Shown here piece by piece: positions 62,813 through 64,000 of a DNA stretch of 64,000 nt (the first letter of the stretch is position 1; each line of letters starts with the position of its first letter). The DNA is taken from assembly GCA_038231435.1 (NCBI GenBank), contig JBBRLJ010000011.1, positions 32,001 through 96,000 of the forward strand. Reading direction: 5' to 3'. The DNA comes from Planctomycetota bacterium (GTDB taxonomy: Bacteria; Planctomycetota; UBA11346). The notes beneath the pieces were generated by a model. That model ran no database searches. It had not been told where the DNA came from and saw only the letters and a list, made by a program, of their open reading frames with translations. A program made the position numbers and the translations under genes.

Positions 62813-64000
62813 ATGCCGACACCGGCGACGCCCATCAGCGCCCGTCAGCGCCTGCAGGCCATGGGCCTGCCACGCTGGGCCGAGGATCTGATCACCCAGT
62901 ACGAGAGCGGCGCCACCAGCCAGTTCCTGTGCTATGGCAACGTCAACGACCGGCTGCTGCTTCCGCTCTCGGGTAAGGCTCCAGCGCACGAGGAGCTCGG
63001 CGGCTTCACCGATTTCCTGGTCAAGGTATTGCTGCCACGCTTCGACGTGGTGCTGAGCTTCGATCTCGGCAACGGTCTGCGCCTCGAAAAAGGCGGCGAT
63101 GTCTTCAGCCAATGGCCGCGCCTGAAAGGCGTCGAGCTGCCGCCGCTGCCAAAGACCCCGCGCGAGGCCATCGACTACCTGACCCAGTACTTCCGCTACT
63201 GCGCCAACCTGGCGAAGCTCGGCACCTCGCGCCTGCAGATCGGCTGTCTGATCAAGGGTGCGGATCTGCTGGTACCGGCCTCGATGGGCGCGAACAGCTA
63301 CGACACCAGCGCGCTCGCCAGCCAGATGCGCGACTGGGCGGCCGATGGCACGCTCAGCGGCCATACCCTGGCGACCTTCCTGATCGCCGACAACCTCAAT
63401 GACCTGCATCCGCTGATCGTCAACAATCCGCGGGCCTCGCAGGCCAAGGTCCCTCTGCCGTCGGCCGACGATCTCGCGCGGGCCCTCGCGTTGATGGCTC
63501 CGAGCTACCCGGTCGCGCTCGGCGCTTTGGCTAAGGATCTGCCCGCGACCGCCGCAGGCCTCGCAGGCGCCACGCTCAGCTCGATCGAGGCCCTGCTCAA
63601 GACCAAGGAGCACCTCGGCGAGGCGCTGTCGACCGATGATCTGGTGGCCGTGAAGAAGGCCCTGGTCGAGAAGGACTGTGCCGGACTGATCGAATTCATC
63701 GATTCGAAGCGCACCCTCGATGACATCCATGGCCAAGAGAAGTTGAAGGCTTGGCTGCGCCAGGACATCGCGCTGTGGCGCGCGGGTGACGTGCAAGCGC
63801 TGCCAATGGGGTACCTGGTGTGCGGCCCTGTCGGCACCGGCAAGACCTACCTGGTCGAATGCCTCGCGGGAGAGGCCGGCGTTCCGGTGGTGAAGCTCAA
63901 GAATTTCCGCGACAAATGGGTTGGTTCGACCGAGGGCAACCTCGAGAAGATCTTTCGCCTGATCCACGCTCTCGGGCGCGCCTTCGTGTTCATCGACGAG
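62813..64000 (+). CDS. Classical-clade AAA+ ATPase with degenerate N-terminal domain (Ycf46-like architecture), partial
   Basis: Manual translation is open from ATG 62813 to the window end (396 codons): LPRWAEDLITQYESGATSQFLCYGNVND...; Walker A GPVGTGKT, pore loop RDKWVGSTEGN, Walker B FVFIDE at the very end. Missing from the ORF track. Confidence 0.92.
   Translation, partial: MPTPATPISARQRLQAMGLPRWAEDLITQYESGATSQFLCYGNVNDRLLLPLSGKAPAHEELGGFTDFLVKVLLPRFDVVLSFDLGNGLRLEKGGDVFSQWPRLKGVELPPLPKTPREAIDYLTQYFRYCANLAKLGTSRLQIGCLIKGADLLVPASMGANSYDTSALASQMRDWAADGTLSGHTLATFLIADNLNDLHPLIVNNPRASQAKVPLPSADDLARALALMAPSYPVALGALAKDLPATAAGLAGATLSSIEALLKTKEHLGEALSTDDLVAVKKALVEKDCAGLIEFIDSKRTLDDIHGQEKLKAWLRQDIALWRAGDVQALPMGYLVCGPVGTGKTYLVECLAGEAGVPVVKLKNFRDKWVGSTEGNLEKIFRLIHALGRAFVFIDE

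Noticed and set aside
1..64000. tRNA/rRNA genes, prophage, integrase or transposase, anti-phage defence genes
   Set aside because: No recognisable motifs by eye; short structured RNAs cannot be excluded without tRNAscan or Infernal.

Overview
High-GC bacterial chromosomal window, most consistent with an uncultured Planctomycetota/PVC lineage (inferred from the pseudopilin cassette and the scattered housekeeping genes). It holds about 50 CDSs and no recognisable rRNA, tRNA, CRISPR array or transposase. Main blocks: (1) 1956-10782, a five-gene cassette of prepilin-type proteins in FimU/PilV/PilW/PilX/PilE-like order, with unusually large bodies of up to ~1,110 aa. (2) Housekeeping and general genes: gatB, hisI, RlmI-like methyltransferase, PPK2, pdxA, DinG/YoaA helicase, purC, PpiD/SurA-like chaperone, glgP, MenH-like hydrolase. 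(3) 19386-24026, a probable non-phosphorylative (deoxy)sugar-acid catabolic locus around a double-wHTH GntR (LgoR-like) regulator with a perfect AT palindrome. (4) 30900-41536, a reduced flexirubin/aryl-polyene-like lipid cluster (ACP, GT2-DUF2062, acyltransferase, ketosynthase, FAD oxidoreductase, C45 Ntn-hydrolase, polysaccharide deacetylase) interrupted by a GH42. (5) Tandem GH2 genes plus AraC. (6) 56575->64000, the most intriguing block: one apparent operon joining an SsuC/SsuB-type ABC importer, a membrane-anchored substrate-binding protein fused to an OmpA-like peptidoglycan-binding domain, two uncharacterised coiled-coil proteins, a PspA/IM30 (ESCRT-III superfamily) protein and a classical-clade AAA+ ATPase that runs off the window. 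Several small intergenic repeat and hairpin families are also present. All product calls come from motifs recognised by eye; no searches were run.
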